DNA of 64,000 nt, from the NCBI GenBank assembly GCA_041690395.1, contig JAWLHJ010000005.1, forward strand, positions 256,001 to 320,000, written 5' to 3'. Below, one piece after another: positions 31,940-41,633 of the stretch. How positions within the stretch are numbered: the stretch's first letter is position 1; each line of letters begins with the position of its first letter. Origin of the DNA: Longimicrobiales bacterium (GTDB taxonomy: Bacteria; Gemmatimonadota; Gemmatimonadetes; Longimicrobiales; Gaopeijiaceae). A program made the translations under genes and the position numbers. Below the pieces are notes generated by a model. The model was not told where the DNA came from and searched no databases. It saw nothing but the letters and a program-made list of their open reading frames with translations.

Positions 31940-32968
31940 ATGCCGGAGAAGGACTCGGGCACGAGCAAGAAGCGGGTGTTCAGCGGAATGCAGCCGTCGG
32001 GCGAGGCCCATCTCGGGAACTATCTGGGAGCGCTGCGCCGCTGGGTCGAGATGCAGGACGAGCACGACTGCGTCTTCTGCATCGTGGACGATCACGCGAT
32101 CACGGCCGGCGGCGATCCCGCGGACATGCCGAAGAACGTCTTCGACCTCGCGGTCTCGTTCCTCGCGGTGGGGCTCGATCCGGAGAAGGCGATCATCTTC
32201 GTCCAGTCCGACGTGCACGAGCACACCGAGCTGGCGTGGCTCTTCAACGCGGTCACGCCGGTGGGCGATCTCGAGCGGATGACGCAGTACAAGGACAAGT
32301 CGCAGCAGTTCGACTCGATTCCGGCCGGCATCCTGAACTACCCGATCCTTCAGGCCGCGGACATCCTGCTCTACAAGGCCGACGCGGTGCCGGTGGGCGA
32401 GGACCAGCGACAGCACCTCGAGCTCACCCGCGAGATCGCGCGCAAGTTCAACGCGCGCTACGGCGAGACGTTCCCCGAGACCGACGCAATCATCGACAAG
32501 GACGTCGGGCGGATCATGGGGCTCGACGGCGAGGCCAAGATGAGCAAGTCGCTCGGCAACACGGTCGGGATCCTCGCGGAGCCCGACGAGATCTGGGCGC
32601 GGGTCCGCACCGCCGTGACCGATCCGCAGCGCGTGCGGCGTGACGATCCGGGGCGTCCTGAAGTGTGCAACGTGTTCTCGCTGCATCGGTTCTTCGCGGA
32701 CGCGGAACAGCTCGAGGACATCGCCACCCAGTGCCGAGGCGCCACGCGGGGGTGTGTGGACTGCAAGAGGATCCTCGCAGAAAACATCGCCGACGCATTC
32801 GCCCCGTTCCGGGAGCGGGCGGCCGAGTACCGCGCCAATCCGGGCGAAGTACGGCGAATCCTCGACGAGGGCGCGGTTCGTGCAAGAGCCATCGCCGAGA
32901 CGACCATGACCGAGGTGCGTGAGCGCATGGGACTCGACTGGCGCGCCGCCATCGGCCGGGAGGGCTGA
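31940..32968 (+). CDS. trpS: Tryptophan--tRNA ligase (start 31940 or TTG 31913)
   Basis: SGMQPSG..HLGNYLGA, YP.LQAADILLY, VPVGEDQ.QHLE, KMSKS. Confidence 0.96.
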   Translation: MPEKDSGTSKKRVFSGMQPSGEAHLGNYLGALRRWVEMQDEHDCVFCIVDDHAITAGGDPADMPKNVFDLAVSFLAVGLDPEKAIIFVQSDVHEHTELAWLFNAVTPVGDLERMTQYKDKSQQFDSIPAGILNYPILQAADILLYKADAVPVGEDQRQHLELTREIARKFNARYGETFPETDAIIDKDVGRIMGLDGEAKMSKSLGNTVGILAEPDEIWARVRTAVTDPQRVRRDDPGRPEVCNVFSLHRFFADAEQLEDIATQCRGATRGCVDCKRILAENIADAFAPFRERAAEYRANPGEVRRILDEGAVRARAIAETTMTEVRERMGLDWRAAIGREG

Positions 32969-33091
32969 CCCGGCGGACGGCGACGCCCTTCAAGCGCGGC
33001 TCCCCCCCGGCCGCTAACTTCCCGAGAGTGGAAGGGTGTTGAGCGAGTGGGTGGCAACACCTTTCTGAAGAGTCAGCGGAGGAGGATTTGC

Positions 33092-34225
33092 ATGCAGGAG
33101 CTGTTCAGAGCGGCCGTCGAGCGCGGCGCGAGCGACATCCACATCAAGGCCGGCGACTTCATTCGTGCTCGGGTGAACGGTGATCTCCAGACGCTGACCC
33201 AGCAGAAGCTCACCGTCGACCAGGTGAAGGGCATCGCGCTGCAGCTGATCCCGCACGAGGAGGACCGGCAGAACTTCGACCGCCTCCTCGACTACGATTG
33301 CTCCTGGGGTATCCCCGGCGTCGGTCGGTTCCGCGTGAACATCATGAAGCAGCGCGGCTCGCCCATGATCGTCATGCGCGCGATCCCCATCGACATCCCG
33401 ACGGTCGAGGACCTGGGACTTCCGCCGGTCATCAACCGGATCGCGGCCACGCGGCGCGGGATGATCCTGGTGACGGGCATCACGGGGTCGGGTAAGAGCT
33501 CCACGATGGCGGCCATGATCAACTGGATGAACATGAACCGCCGGCTGCACATCGTCACGCTCGAGAATCCGATCGAGTTCCTGCACCGGGACAACCTGTC
33601 GTCCATCACGCAGCGGGACATCGGCACCGATACCGAGTCGTTCGAGAGCGGCCTCCGCTCGGTGCTCCGTCAGGATCCCGACGTCATCCTGATCGGTGAG
33701 ATGCGGGACAAGATCACGATCGAGACGGCGCTCAAGGCGGCCGAGACGGGTCACCTGGTGATCTCCACGCTGCACACGAAGAACGCGGTGCAGACCATCT
33801 CGCGCATCATCGCCGTCTTCGATCCGAACGAGCAGGAGATGATCCGCGTGCGGCTTTCCGAGTCGATCCAGGCGGTCATCTCGCAGCGCCTCGTGCAGCG
33901 CAAGAACGGGGGGCGCGTGGCGGCCATGGAGATCATGCCCGTGACGTCGACGATCCGGGACTGTATCCGCGACCCGCACCGGATGGAGGAGATCTTCGAC
34001 CTGATCGAGGAGGGGCGCGAGCACTACGGGTCGCAGACCTTCGACCAGCACCTCATGGACCTGGTGAAGGGCGGAACGGTAGACTTCGAGGTCGCCAAGG
34101 CCGCGGCGAACAACCCGGCCGACTTCGACCTCAAGATGAACATGCTGGGCGACGCTGGTGGGGGTCGCAACGTGCCCGGAACGACCGGGCTCGCCGACGA
34201 AATGTCCAAGATGGCCGGAGGCTGA
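33092..34225 (+). CDS. pilT: PilT/PilU-family type IV pilus retraction ATPase
   Basis: GASDIH, RFRVN, GITGSGKS, E.PIE, LRQDPDVILIGEMRD, AETGHLV.STLH, QTFDQ.L; GGAGGA RBS. Confidence 0.93.
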   Translation: MQELFRAAVERGASDIHIKAGDFIRARVNGDLQTLTQQKLTVDQVKGIALQLIPHEEDRQNFDRLLDYDCSWGIPGVGRFRVNIMKQRGSPMIVMRAIPIDIPTVEDLGLPPVINRIAATRRGMILVTGITGSGKSSTMAAMINWMNMNRRLHIVTLENPIEFLHRDNLSSITQRDIGTDTESFESGLRSVLRQDPDVILIGEMRDKITIETALKAAETGHLVISTLHTKNAVQTISRIIAVFDPNEQEMIRVRLSESIQAVISQRLVQRKNGGRVAAMEIMPVTSTIRDCIRDPHRMEEIFDLIEEGREHYGSQTFDQHLMDLVKGGTVDFEVAKAAANNPADFDLKMNMLGDAGGGRNVPGTTGLADEMSKMAGG

Positions 34226-34229
34226 ATAC

Positions 34230-35156
34230 GTGAGCAGTGGCAAGGGGACGCACGACTTCTCGGGGACCTTCCTTCCCGTCACCACGCCTTTCGACCCGGT
34301 GACCGGCGACGTCGACGTCGTGGCGTACCGGGCGAACCTCCGCCACTGGTTCAAGAGCCCGATCCGCGGCATCCTGACGGCCGGCTCGACAGGCGAGTCG
34401 GTCTTCCTGGACAGCGCCGAGAAGCTCCAGCTGATCGAGGCGGCGCGGGACGTCGTGCCCGACGAGGCCATCCTCATCGCGGGGACCGGGGCCGAGTCGA
34501 CCCGCCAGGTCATCCGCGGTACGCAGGACGCGGCGGACGCCGGTGCCCAGGCCGTGCTCGTGAAGCCGCCGGTGTACTTCAAGGGCGCCATGACCCCCGA
34601 GGTGCTGGCACGCCACTACAAGGCAGTGGCCGACGCGTCACCGGTGCCGGTCCTGATCTACCAGGTGCCGCTCCGCCTCAGCACGCTCGAGTTCCCCACG
34701 GGGCTCATCGCCGAGCTGTCGAAGCACCCCAACATCGTCGGCATCAAGGACTCCCGCGGCAAGCTCGAGCTCGTGGGCGAGCTCGTCGACGCCACCGCCG
34801 ACGACTTCCAGGTCCTCGTCGGAAGCGGCGCGATCCTCTACGGCGCGCTGGAGCTGGGCGCAGTGGGCGGCATCGTCGCCGTCGGCCTCATGGCGACCGC
34901 CGAGGCGGCCGAGATCTACCACGCGTTCCGCGACGGACGGACCAGCGAGGCCGGACGCATCCAGGAGCGGATCGCGCCGGTCCACAACGGCATCGTCGGC
35001 GGGATGGGCGTGCCCGGCGTGAAGGCCGCACTCGACCTGCTCGGCCTGCACGGCGGGCAGCCGCGCGCGCCGCTCGCGCCGGTGGCCGAGGCGCGCCTCG
35101 AGGAGATCCGCGGCATTCTGGCCACGGCCGAGCTGGGAGCGGGCGCGGGCGTCTGA
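34230..35156 (+). CDS. Dihydrodipicolinate synthase / class I aldolase (DapA/HOGA) family
   Basis: TPF, GSTGE, AGTG.ES, PVLIYQVP, NIVGIKDS (Schiff-base Lys). Confidence 0.9.
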   Translation: MSSGKGTHDFSGTFLPVTTPFDPVTGDVDVVAYRANLRHWFKSPIRGILTAGSTGESVFLDSAEKLQLIEAARDVVPDEAILIAGTGAESTRQVIRGTQDAADAGAQAVLVKPPVYFKGAMTPEVLARHYKAVADASPVPVLIYQVPLRLSTLEFPTGLIAELSKHPNIVGIKDSRGKLELVGELVDATADDFQVLVGSGAILYGALELGAVGGIVAVGLMATAEAAEIYHAFRDGRTSEAGRIQERIAPVHNGIVGGMGVPGVKAALDLLGLHGGQPRAPLAPVAEARLEEIRGILATAELGAGAGV

Positions 35157-35174
35157 GGCCCGCGCCCGGCCCCG

Positions 35175-37826
35175 TCACTCGCCGCCTGGGGCTTCGAACA
35201 GACCTTCCAGGACGAACCGGTTGTTGTCCGGATCCGGATCCTCGACGGCCGGGGGCGGTGTGGCCGTGCCCCAGATGACCACACCCTCCAAGGACTGCGG
35301 GACGATCCGGAAGTCGGGGACGGACCGGAAGCTTTCCACGCCGATGATCCAGATGGGGCAGGCGATGGAGACATCGCCCACCGGCGGATTGGGAATCGCC
35401 TCGCACCCGTCGGTGACCAAGTCCAGCTCGACGTTCCCGAAGGCCACCCAGGTGAACACCGTGCCCTCCGGGACTTCGTCGGGTCCAAGGTTCACGACTC
35501 TGGAGGAGAATCCGACCGGCTCTCCCACGACGGCCCCGTGAAGCTGTCGGATGAAGTCGACGCTCAGGTCCGCCACGAGGTCTGAGCTCTCGAACTCCGG
35601 CGTGGCGACCAGCCGGTCATTCTCCTCGTTCGGGTCGACGGCGTCGGGCCCTTGATTGACGGTCGCCCACACGGTGATGGGCTCCTGGGACTGGGGGGTG
35701 ATCCAGAACTCCGGCATCACCTGTCCGGCGCCCGCGAGCAAGGCATCCAGCGGACACCGCAGCGCCACGGTCCCGAAGACCGGGTCGGCGATCTCCTCGC
35801 AGAAGCCGAACACCCCGGCCAGCGTCACATCGCCGAAGGCGACCCAGGTGAACACCGCGCCTTCCGCCACGTCCGGCCCGAAGTTGGTCACGTTCGCCCC
35901 GTACTCCAGGGTCTCGCCCACCCGTGCCGGCTCACTCGGCTGCGTAAGGCTCGTCACGGCTACGTCCGTCGTGATGACCTCGAACTCCGGCGTCGCCGTC
36001 AGCCGGTCGTTCTCCTCGTTCGGGTCGACGGCGTCGGGTCCCTGGTTGACGGTGGCCCACACGGTGATGGGCGCGTCGGACTGCGGCGTGATCCGAAGCA
36101 CCGGGATGCCGCGCTGGGCGTCCACGGCCAGGGGACCCACCGGGCACCGCACCGCCACGGTCCCGAAGATCGGATCCTCGATCTCCTCGCAATCAAAACT
36201 GTAGAGCCCGTCGAGCGTCACGTCGCCAAAGGCGACCCAGGTGAACATCGCGCCCTCGGACACGTCCGGCCCGAAGTTCGTCACGGTCGCGCCGTACTCC
36301 AGCGTTTCACCCACCCGGGCGGGGTCGCTCGGCTCCCTGAGGCTCGTCACGGCAACGTCCGTCGACACCGCGGGCCCGACCGTGATCGTGAGCTCCTCCC
36401 GGTCGTTCGCCTCCGTCACGTCCAGGTCGCCGGAGGCCGGACTCACGGTCGCCCAGACCGTCACCTCCCCCTCGGATTGTGCGATGAGGAGCAGCGACGG
36501 CATGGGATCGGACTGCCCCGGCTCGAGCGGGTCCACCGGGCACCGGACGGCCACGGCACCGAAGGTCGGATTCTCGATTTCCTCGCACGACCCGAAGACG
36601 CCCTCGAGAACGACGTCGCCGAACGCCTGGTAGACGAGCGTGCCACCGGCGGAGGCTTCCGGCCCGAAGTTTCTGACGGTCGAGAAGAAGTCCATGCGTC
36701 GACCGACCTTCGCTTCGCTGTTCGAGGCCAGCCGCAATTCCGTGGCCGCCAGGTCGACTGGCGTCACCAGCTCATGCGCCACGAAGTAGAAGGAGAAGTG
36801 CTCCACGGTTGCGAACACGATGTTGTTCTCGGTATCGACGACACTGGGTACCGCGTCGAAGGGGATGACGCCGTTGATGACGAAGACCCCGAGCTCGCTC
36901 TCGTCCACGCCGTCGGGCAGGCTCGCCTCGTCGTAGCTCAGCGCCAGAGTCACGGGTTCCTGGAACTCCAGGCCGTCGGGGCCGAGGTCCCAGGTCGTCC
37001 CGGGAATCGGCACCAGGTCGTAGAGACGGGCGAAATCGTCGAGAGGCGCGGCAGCCGGGCTCGCGGCGGGTGACCCGGCGGGTGACGCGGCGGGCGAGGG
37101 CACGGGAGCCCCGCCGGCACCGTCGCGACCGTCGATGTACGCCTGGATCTCGTCGATGCCCACAGGGTCGATGCTGATGGAGACAGGCTCCAGAAGCGCC
37201 CCTTCCCCGACCTCGAGGCTGGCGGCTCCGTCGCGAGTGCGGACCGTACCGCCCTCCGGACCCACGTTGGCCGATACGCACCCGTCCGCTTCGTGGGTGA
37301 AGTACATGGCCCAACTCCCCCGCGTAGCGAGCGGCTCGCCTTCTCCCCACGCGCCGGTAGTCCCCCCGCCCAGCTCCGCGAACGCGGCCAGGACCACGGA
37401 CGGCCCCTGCAGCGCCTCGAGCGGGACCGGCCAGATCACTTCGTGGACGCCCGCATGGCTGGACGTGAACGGGAACTGGCCGATCACGGGATTCCCGGTC
37501 GAGGTAGTGGGGATGTCCTCGACGGACGTCCCGGCGGCGAGCGCCGTCTTCCCGATGGGCCAGCTCTCGTCGGTCCGGTAGACCACGTAGAGGTTTCGGC
37601 CATCCTGCATGACTTCGACCGTGCCGGCATGCGTGGACCCGTTCGCGATGAGGTCGACCCGGGTCGGCGTGCCACACACGGCCGGGAGCTCATCAAGGAC
37701 CAACATGGAGGGTCCGACCCCGTCCAGACCCCAAGGGTCGGCGGGGTCCGGGGGTGCCGTGAAGTCGGCGCAACTCCAGGCGGTGAACGCCAAGAGTGCG
37801 AGAACCGCGGTGCGGACTCGAAGCAT
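35175..37826 (-). CDS. Large lipoprotein: N-terminal beta domain, ZU5-like domain (HFS), four DUF11/CARDB-like Ig repeats
   Basis: Lipobox AWSC; AGGAG RBS. ZU5-like GGTV..A.LEV..GAL, P.GL.F..PV.L.L.Y, VEHFS. Four roughly 131-aa repeats (D.AVT...VG..L.Y...V.N.GP...C...C...DP...N(D/N)R). Confidence 0.8.
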   Translation of the reverse strand: MLRVRTAVLALLAFTAWSCADFTAPPDPADPWGLDGVGPSMLVLDELPAVCGTPTRVDLIANGSTHAGTVEVMQDGRNLYVVYRTDESWPIGKTALAAGTSVEDIPTTSTGNPVIGQFPFTSSHAGVHEVIWPVPLEALQGPSVVLAAFAELGGGTTGAWGEGEPLATRGSWAMYFTHEADGCVSANVGPEGGTVRTRDGAASLEVGEGALLEPVSISIDPVGIDEIQAYIDGRDGAGGAPVPSPAASPAGSPAASPAAAPLDDFARLYDLVPIPGTTWDLGPDGLEFQEPVTLALSYDEASLPDGVDESELGVFVINGVIPFDAVPSVVDTENNIVFATVEHFSFYFVAHELVTPVDLAATELRLASNSEAKVGRRMDFFSTVRNFGPEASAGGTLVYQAFGDVVLEGVFGSCEEIENPTFGAVAVRCPVDPLEPGQSDPMPSLLLIAQSEGEVTVWATVSPASGDLDVTEANDREELTITVGPAVSTDVAVTSLREPSDPARVGETLEYGATVTNFGPDVSEGAMFTWVAFGDVTLDGLYSFDCEEIEDPIFGTVAVRCPVGPLAVDAQRGIPVLRITPQSDAPITVWATVNQGPDAVDPNEENDRLTATPEFEVITTDVAVTSLTQPSEPARVGETLEYGANVTNFGPDVAEGAVFTWVAFGDVTLAGVFGFCEEIADPVFGTVALRCPLDALLAGAGQVMPEFWITPQSQEPITVWATVNQGPDAVDPNEENDRLVATPEFESSDLVADLSVDFIRQLHGAVVGEPVGFSSRVVNLGPDEVPEGTVFTWVAFGNVELDLVTDGCEAIPNPPVGDVSIACPIWIIGVESFRSVPDFRIVPQSLEGVVIWGTATPPPAVEDPDPDNNRFVLEGLFEAPGGE

Positions 37827-38082
37827 CTCGTGTCTCCTCTGCTGCGAACGGGTGACGTCACCCACCCCCGGGATGACCACAGGGGCCCGTCGACCCTCCG
37901 TACAGAGACAAACGGGAAAGCGTACCAGGCGCCGCCACCGCTTGGAGGTCCGGGCCACCCGGCGGCCGTCCGAATGTTGTGATTCCGGAGCGTCCTCGAT
38001 GGGTCGTCGGTGTGGTGGGAACTGGCGGAGCGCACGAGGGCACCGCAGGTTGGAAGAGCCTCTCCCCCCCACCGTCAGAACC

Positions 38083-38685
38083 GTGACCCCTTCCGGACTT
38101 CCAAAGGCCGACCTCCAGGGTGAAGTCACCCAACTGGCCAACCGGTGGGCCCGGGGCGACCGGGACGCGCTGGACGAGCTGATCGACCTGGTCTACGACG
38201 ACCTGCGGCGCATCGCGCACCGTCAGATCAGCCAGGGTGGGGGTGGCGAGACGGTCAATACGACGGGCCTCGTCCACGAGGCTTTCGTGAAGCTCGCCGG
38301 TGTCTCCGGGCACGAGTGGCTCGGCCGTGCTCAGTTCTACGCGTTCTGTGCGAAGGCCATGCGGAGGATTCTCATCGACTCCGCCCGCGCCCGGGGTGCG
38401 GACAAGCGCGGGGGCGACCGGGTGCGGGTGCCCCTGACCTCGAGCACGGCGGTGGTGGATCCGGACGTGTTGCGGATTCTGGCGGTGGACGAGGCCCTGA
38501 AATGGCTCGAGAAGCACGATCAGCGCCTCGCGGCGATTGCGGAGTGTCGCTTCTTCGGCGGGCTTTCCGTTGAAGAGACCGGGGAGGCGCTGGGGGTCTC
38601 GGCCCGAACGGTGGAGCGTGAATGGGCCAGGGCCCGAGGCTACCTCTACCACAGGTTGGCCCCCGGGAGTGGAGTGCGCGATTAG
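38083..38685 (+). CDS. ECF sigma factor, kinase-associated type (TIGR02999/ECF43-like); start uncertain
   Basis: EVTQL...W..GD..ALD.L..LVY..LRR.A, NTTGLVHEA, AMRRIL.D.AR...A.KRGG, RFFGGLS..E, RTV.REW..AR. Confidence 0.9.
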   Translation: MTPSGLPKADLQGEVTQLANRWARGDRDALDELIDLVYDDLRRIAHRQISQGGGGETVNTTGLVHEAFVKLAGVSGHEWLGRAQFYAFCAKAMRRILIDSARARGADKRGGDRVRVPLTSSTAVVDPDVLRILAVDEALKWLEKHDQRLAAIAECRFFGGLSVEETGEALGVSARTVEREWARARGYLYHRLAPGSGVRD

Positions 38686-38755
38686 CACGAGCTTCCCGCC
38701 CCGGCCGGCGAGGCCTGGGTGAGATACGGACCGCCGGAGGCAATGGAGGCGAGGG

Positions 38756-41545
38756 ATGTCGAGGACTCACTGGGACCGGGTGGATGCGATCTTCGCCGCG
38801 GCGCTCGCTCTCCCCACGGAGGGGCGGGCGGAGTACGTGGCGGATGCGAGCGGGTCGGACCGGAACCTCCAGGCCGAGGTCCACGCGCTGCTGGAGGCCG
38901 CCGAGGCGTCCGACGCCCTCTTCGGCGAGGACGACCAGGTTCGCGCCCGCCTGCTGATGCGCGCATTTGCCCGCGAGGCCCCCCTCGAGCCCGGGCTCCA
39001 GGTCGGGGCCTACCGAATTCTCGCTCCCCTCGGCGTCGGGGGCATGGGCGCCGTCTACCTGGCGGAGCGGGCCGACGGACAGTTCGAGCAGCGCGTCGCC
39101 GTCAAGCTCGTGAATACGCCGCGGGTTCGCGGGGCCGAGATGGTCGAGCGATTCCTGCGCGAACGGCAGATTCTCGCTCGCCTCGAGCACCCGAACATCG
39201 CTCGCCTGCTGGATGGCGGGGTGACCGAGGACGGGTGGCCCTACCTGGTCATGGAGTACGTGGACGGCGTACCCCTGACGGCGTTCTGCGAGGAGCGGAA
39301 GCTCCCGGTCGACGGACGTATTCGGCTCCTGCAGGACGTGGGCCGGGCGGTTCAATATGCCCACCGGAACCTGGTGGTTCATCGTGACCTGAAGCCCTCG
39401 AACATTCTCGTGACGCCCGACGGGATGCCCAAGCTCCTGGACTTCGGCATCGCGAAGCTGCTCGAGGAGGACCACGACGGAGAGCTCACGCTCGCCGGCG
39501 GGGGGATGATGACCCCGGGATACGCCGCTCCCGAGCAGCTCCGGAGTGGACCGGTCACGACGGCGGCGGACGTGTACGCCCTCGGTGTCCTACTCGTGAA
39601 GCTGTTGACCGGCCACAAGCCGGACGGGGATACCGACATCCCCTCCGGCCGACTACCCGTCGACCTCGACCGGATTTCCCGCATGGCGCTTCGGGACGAG
39701 CCGGAGCGTCGGTACGAGTCGGCCCAGGCCTTCGTCGACGACCTCGAGCGATACCGGGAGTGCCGCCCCGTGACAGCCCGCCCGGACACCCTCGGGTATC
39801 GGACCCGAAGGTTCGTCGCCAGAAACCGCACCCTGGTGGCTGCCGCGGTCCTGGTCGTGCTGGCCATGGCGGGCGGGCTGGGGGCGGCCCTGTGGCAGGC
39901 GGACATTGCCCGGGTGGAGGCGGCCCGAGCCGGCGAGGTTCGCGACTTCATGCTGGACCTGTTCGAAGGTACGGATCCGGAGCTTGCCACCGGGGAGGCC
40001 ATCACCATTCAAGAGCTTCTCGCCCGAGCCTCCGAGCGGGTCGAGCGTGAGCTAGCCAGCCAACCCTGGTTGCAGGCCGAGATGTTCACCCTCGTCGGGT
40101 CGATTTACGGGCGGCTCGGTCAGTACGACGATGGTCGTAGGCTGCTTGGTCGGGCCGTGGGCCTTCACGAGTCTACGGCGGGCCCCGGGAGTGCTCCGCA
40201 CGCGCTGGCGATGCTGGAACTGGCGCGGATCGAGCACCGCGCCGGCGAGTGGGAGGGTGCGCAGGCACTCTACCTGGAAGCCCAGGGTTGGCTCGAGCAG
40301 GCTGCCGGATCCGAGTCGGTCGAGGTCGGTCGCGTGTACCACGACCGGGCGCTCCTGGCCCACGGCGCGGGCCGCTACGAGGAGGCCGATTCACTCTTCA
40401 CCCTGTCCCGTGAAACGCTGGCTCACGGCGCGGATTCCCTCGAGCTCCTGCTCCTGGATTTCAGCCACATAGGGACCCTACACACCCTGGGCGATACGGA
40501 GCGGATCGAACAGGTGTACGCCAGGATCGTGGCCAACCGTTCCCTCCTGGATGACGAACGGTCCGCCACGGTCGCGCAGGCCATGTTCGGGCTCGGCGTG
40601 GAGTCCACCTACCGTGGCGACGCCGAGCGAGCCGAGCGGTTGCTGCGGGGAGCCCTGGAGTTGCGTCGAAAGGTCTATGGCGACCAACACCGCGAGGTCG
40701 CGATCACGCGGATGGCTCTCGCCGCAGCCTCCGGGCACCTTGGCCGGTTCGACGAGGCCCTGGCTCTGAGCCGGGAGGGCGTTCAGGGTCTTCGGGAGAC
40801 CTTGGGTCCGACGCATCCGGACTACGCGATGCATCTGGGAGCGTTGGCCGTCATGGTGGGGAACTATGCGGGGGATGCGGAGACGGCCGTCGACTTGTTC
40901 CGTGAGGTGGAGGATATCCAGGTGGCGGCCCTGGGGGAGGGACACCTCTACGTGGCCATGACACGTCGCAACCTGGGGCGCTCCCTCATGGGCCTGGAAC
41001 GTCACGAAGAGGCCCGGCCCGTTCTGGAAGCCGGGCTGTCGAGCTGGATCGAGGCCATGGGAGACGAGGGATTCTTCCCCCCCGAAATCCGTCTCGACCT
41101 CGCGGAGACCCACGCGGCCCTCGGTCGGGCCGACGTGGCCGACTCCCTCGTGCGTGTCGTTATCGACGGGTTCGCGGAAGCCCCTCCACGGGCCGGCGCA
41201 TGGGGCCACGCCCTCATGGTGCAGGCGCGGATCCTGGACGGACGTGGAGAGCACGGACAGGCCGCCGCTGCCCTGCGGAATGCGCTGGAGCGTCACGATG
41301 CCGACGGGGTCGGCCAGGCCAGCCTCGAAAGAGCCCGGGCCCAGTCGGAGCTCGGCGGTGTCCTGACCACGCTCGAGGAGTTCGCCGAGGCCGAGGAGCT
41401 CCTGCATGGAGCCCACGAGACGCTGGTGGGATTGCGCGGGACGAGGAGCCCGGACACACGACTCGCGAGGGAGCGCCTGGCTCATCTCTACCGGGTGTCG
41501 GGCCGACCAACCGATGCGGAGCGAGTGGCCGCAGGGGGCGACTGA
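38756..41545 (+). CDS. Membrane Ser/Thr protein kinase with extracytoplasmic TPR repeats
   Basis: N-terminal helical extension (WDRVDAIF..AL...L..EV..LL), GVGGMG.VY, AVK, HRDLKPSN, DFG, YAAPEQ, TM helix, TPR repeats (G..H..VA). Confidence 0.93.
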   Translation: MSRTHWDRVDAIFAAALALPTEGRAEYVADASGSDRNLQAEVHALLEAAEASDALFGEDDQVRARLLMRAFAREAPLEPGLQVGAYRILAPLGVGGMGAVYLAERADGQFEQRVAVKLVNTPRVRGAEMVERFLRERQILARLEHPNIARLLDGGVTEDGWPYLVMEYVDGVPLTAFCEERKLPVDGRIRLLQDVGRAVQYAHRNLVVHRDLKPSNILVTPDGMPKLLDFGIAKLLEEDHDGELTLAGGGMMTPGYAAPEQLRSGPVTTAADVYALGVLLVKLLTGHKPDGDTDIPSGRLPVDLDRISRMALRDEPERRYESAQAFVDDLERYRECRPVTARPDTLGYRTRRFVARNRTLVAAAVLVVLAMAGGLGAALWQADIARVEAARAGEVRDFMLDLFEGTDPELATGEAITIQELLARASERVERELASQPWLQAEMFTLVGSIYGRLGQYDDGRRLLGRAVGLHESTAGPGSAPHALAMLELARIEHRAGEWEGAQALYLEAQGWLEQAAGSESVEVGRVYHDRALLAHGAGRYEEADSLFTLSRETLAHGADSLELLLLDFSHIGTLHTLGDTERIEQVYARIVANRSLLDDERSATVAQAMFGLGVESTYRGDAERAERLLRGALELRRKVYGDQHREVAITRMALAAASGHLGRFDEALALSREGVQGLRETLGPTHPDYAMHLGALAVMVGNYAGDAETAVDLFREVEDIQVAALGEGHLYVAMTRRNLGRSLMGLERHEEARPVLEAGLSSWIEAMGDEGFFPPEIRLDLAETHAALGRADVADSLVRVVIDGFAEAPPRAGAWGHALMVQARILDGRGEHGQAAAALRNALERHDADGVGQASLERARAQSELGGVLTTLEEFAEAEELLHGAHETLVGLRGTRSPDTRLARERLAHLYRVSGRPTDAERVAAGGD

Positions 41546-41633
41546 CAGGGCCGGCGTCGTCTTGCGGCGCGAAAGAGCGACCTCGTAAGATGGCCCCCGC
41601 GTGAACCCTGGCGAGCCCCGAGAGGAGACAGCG

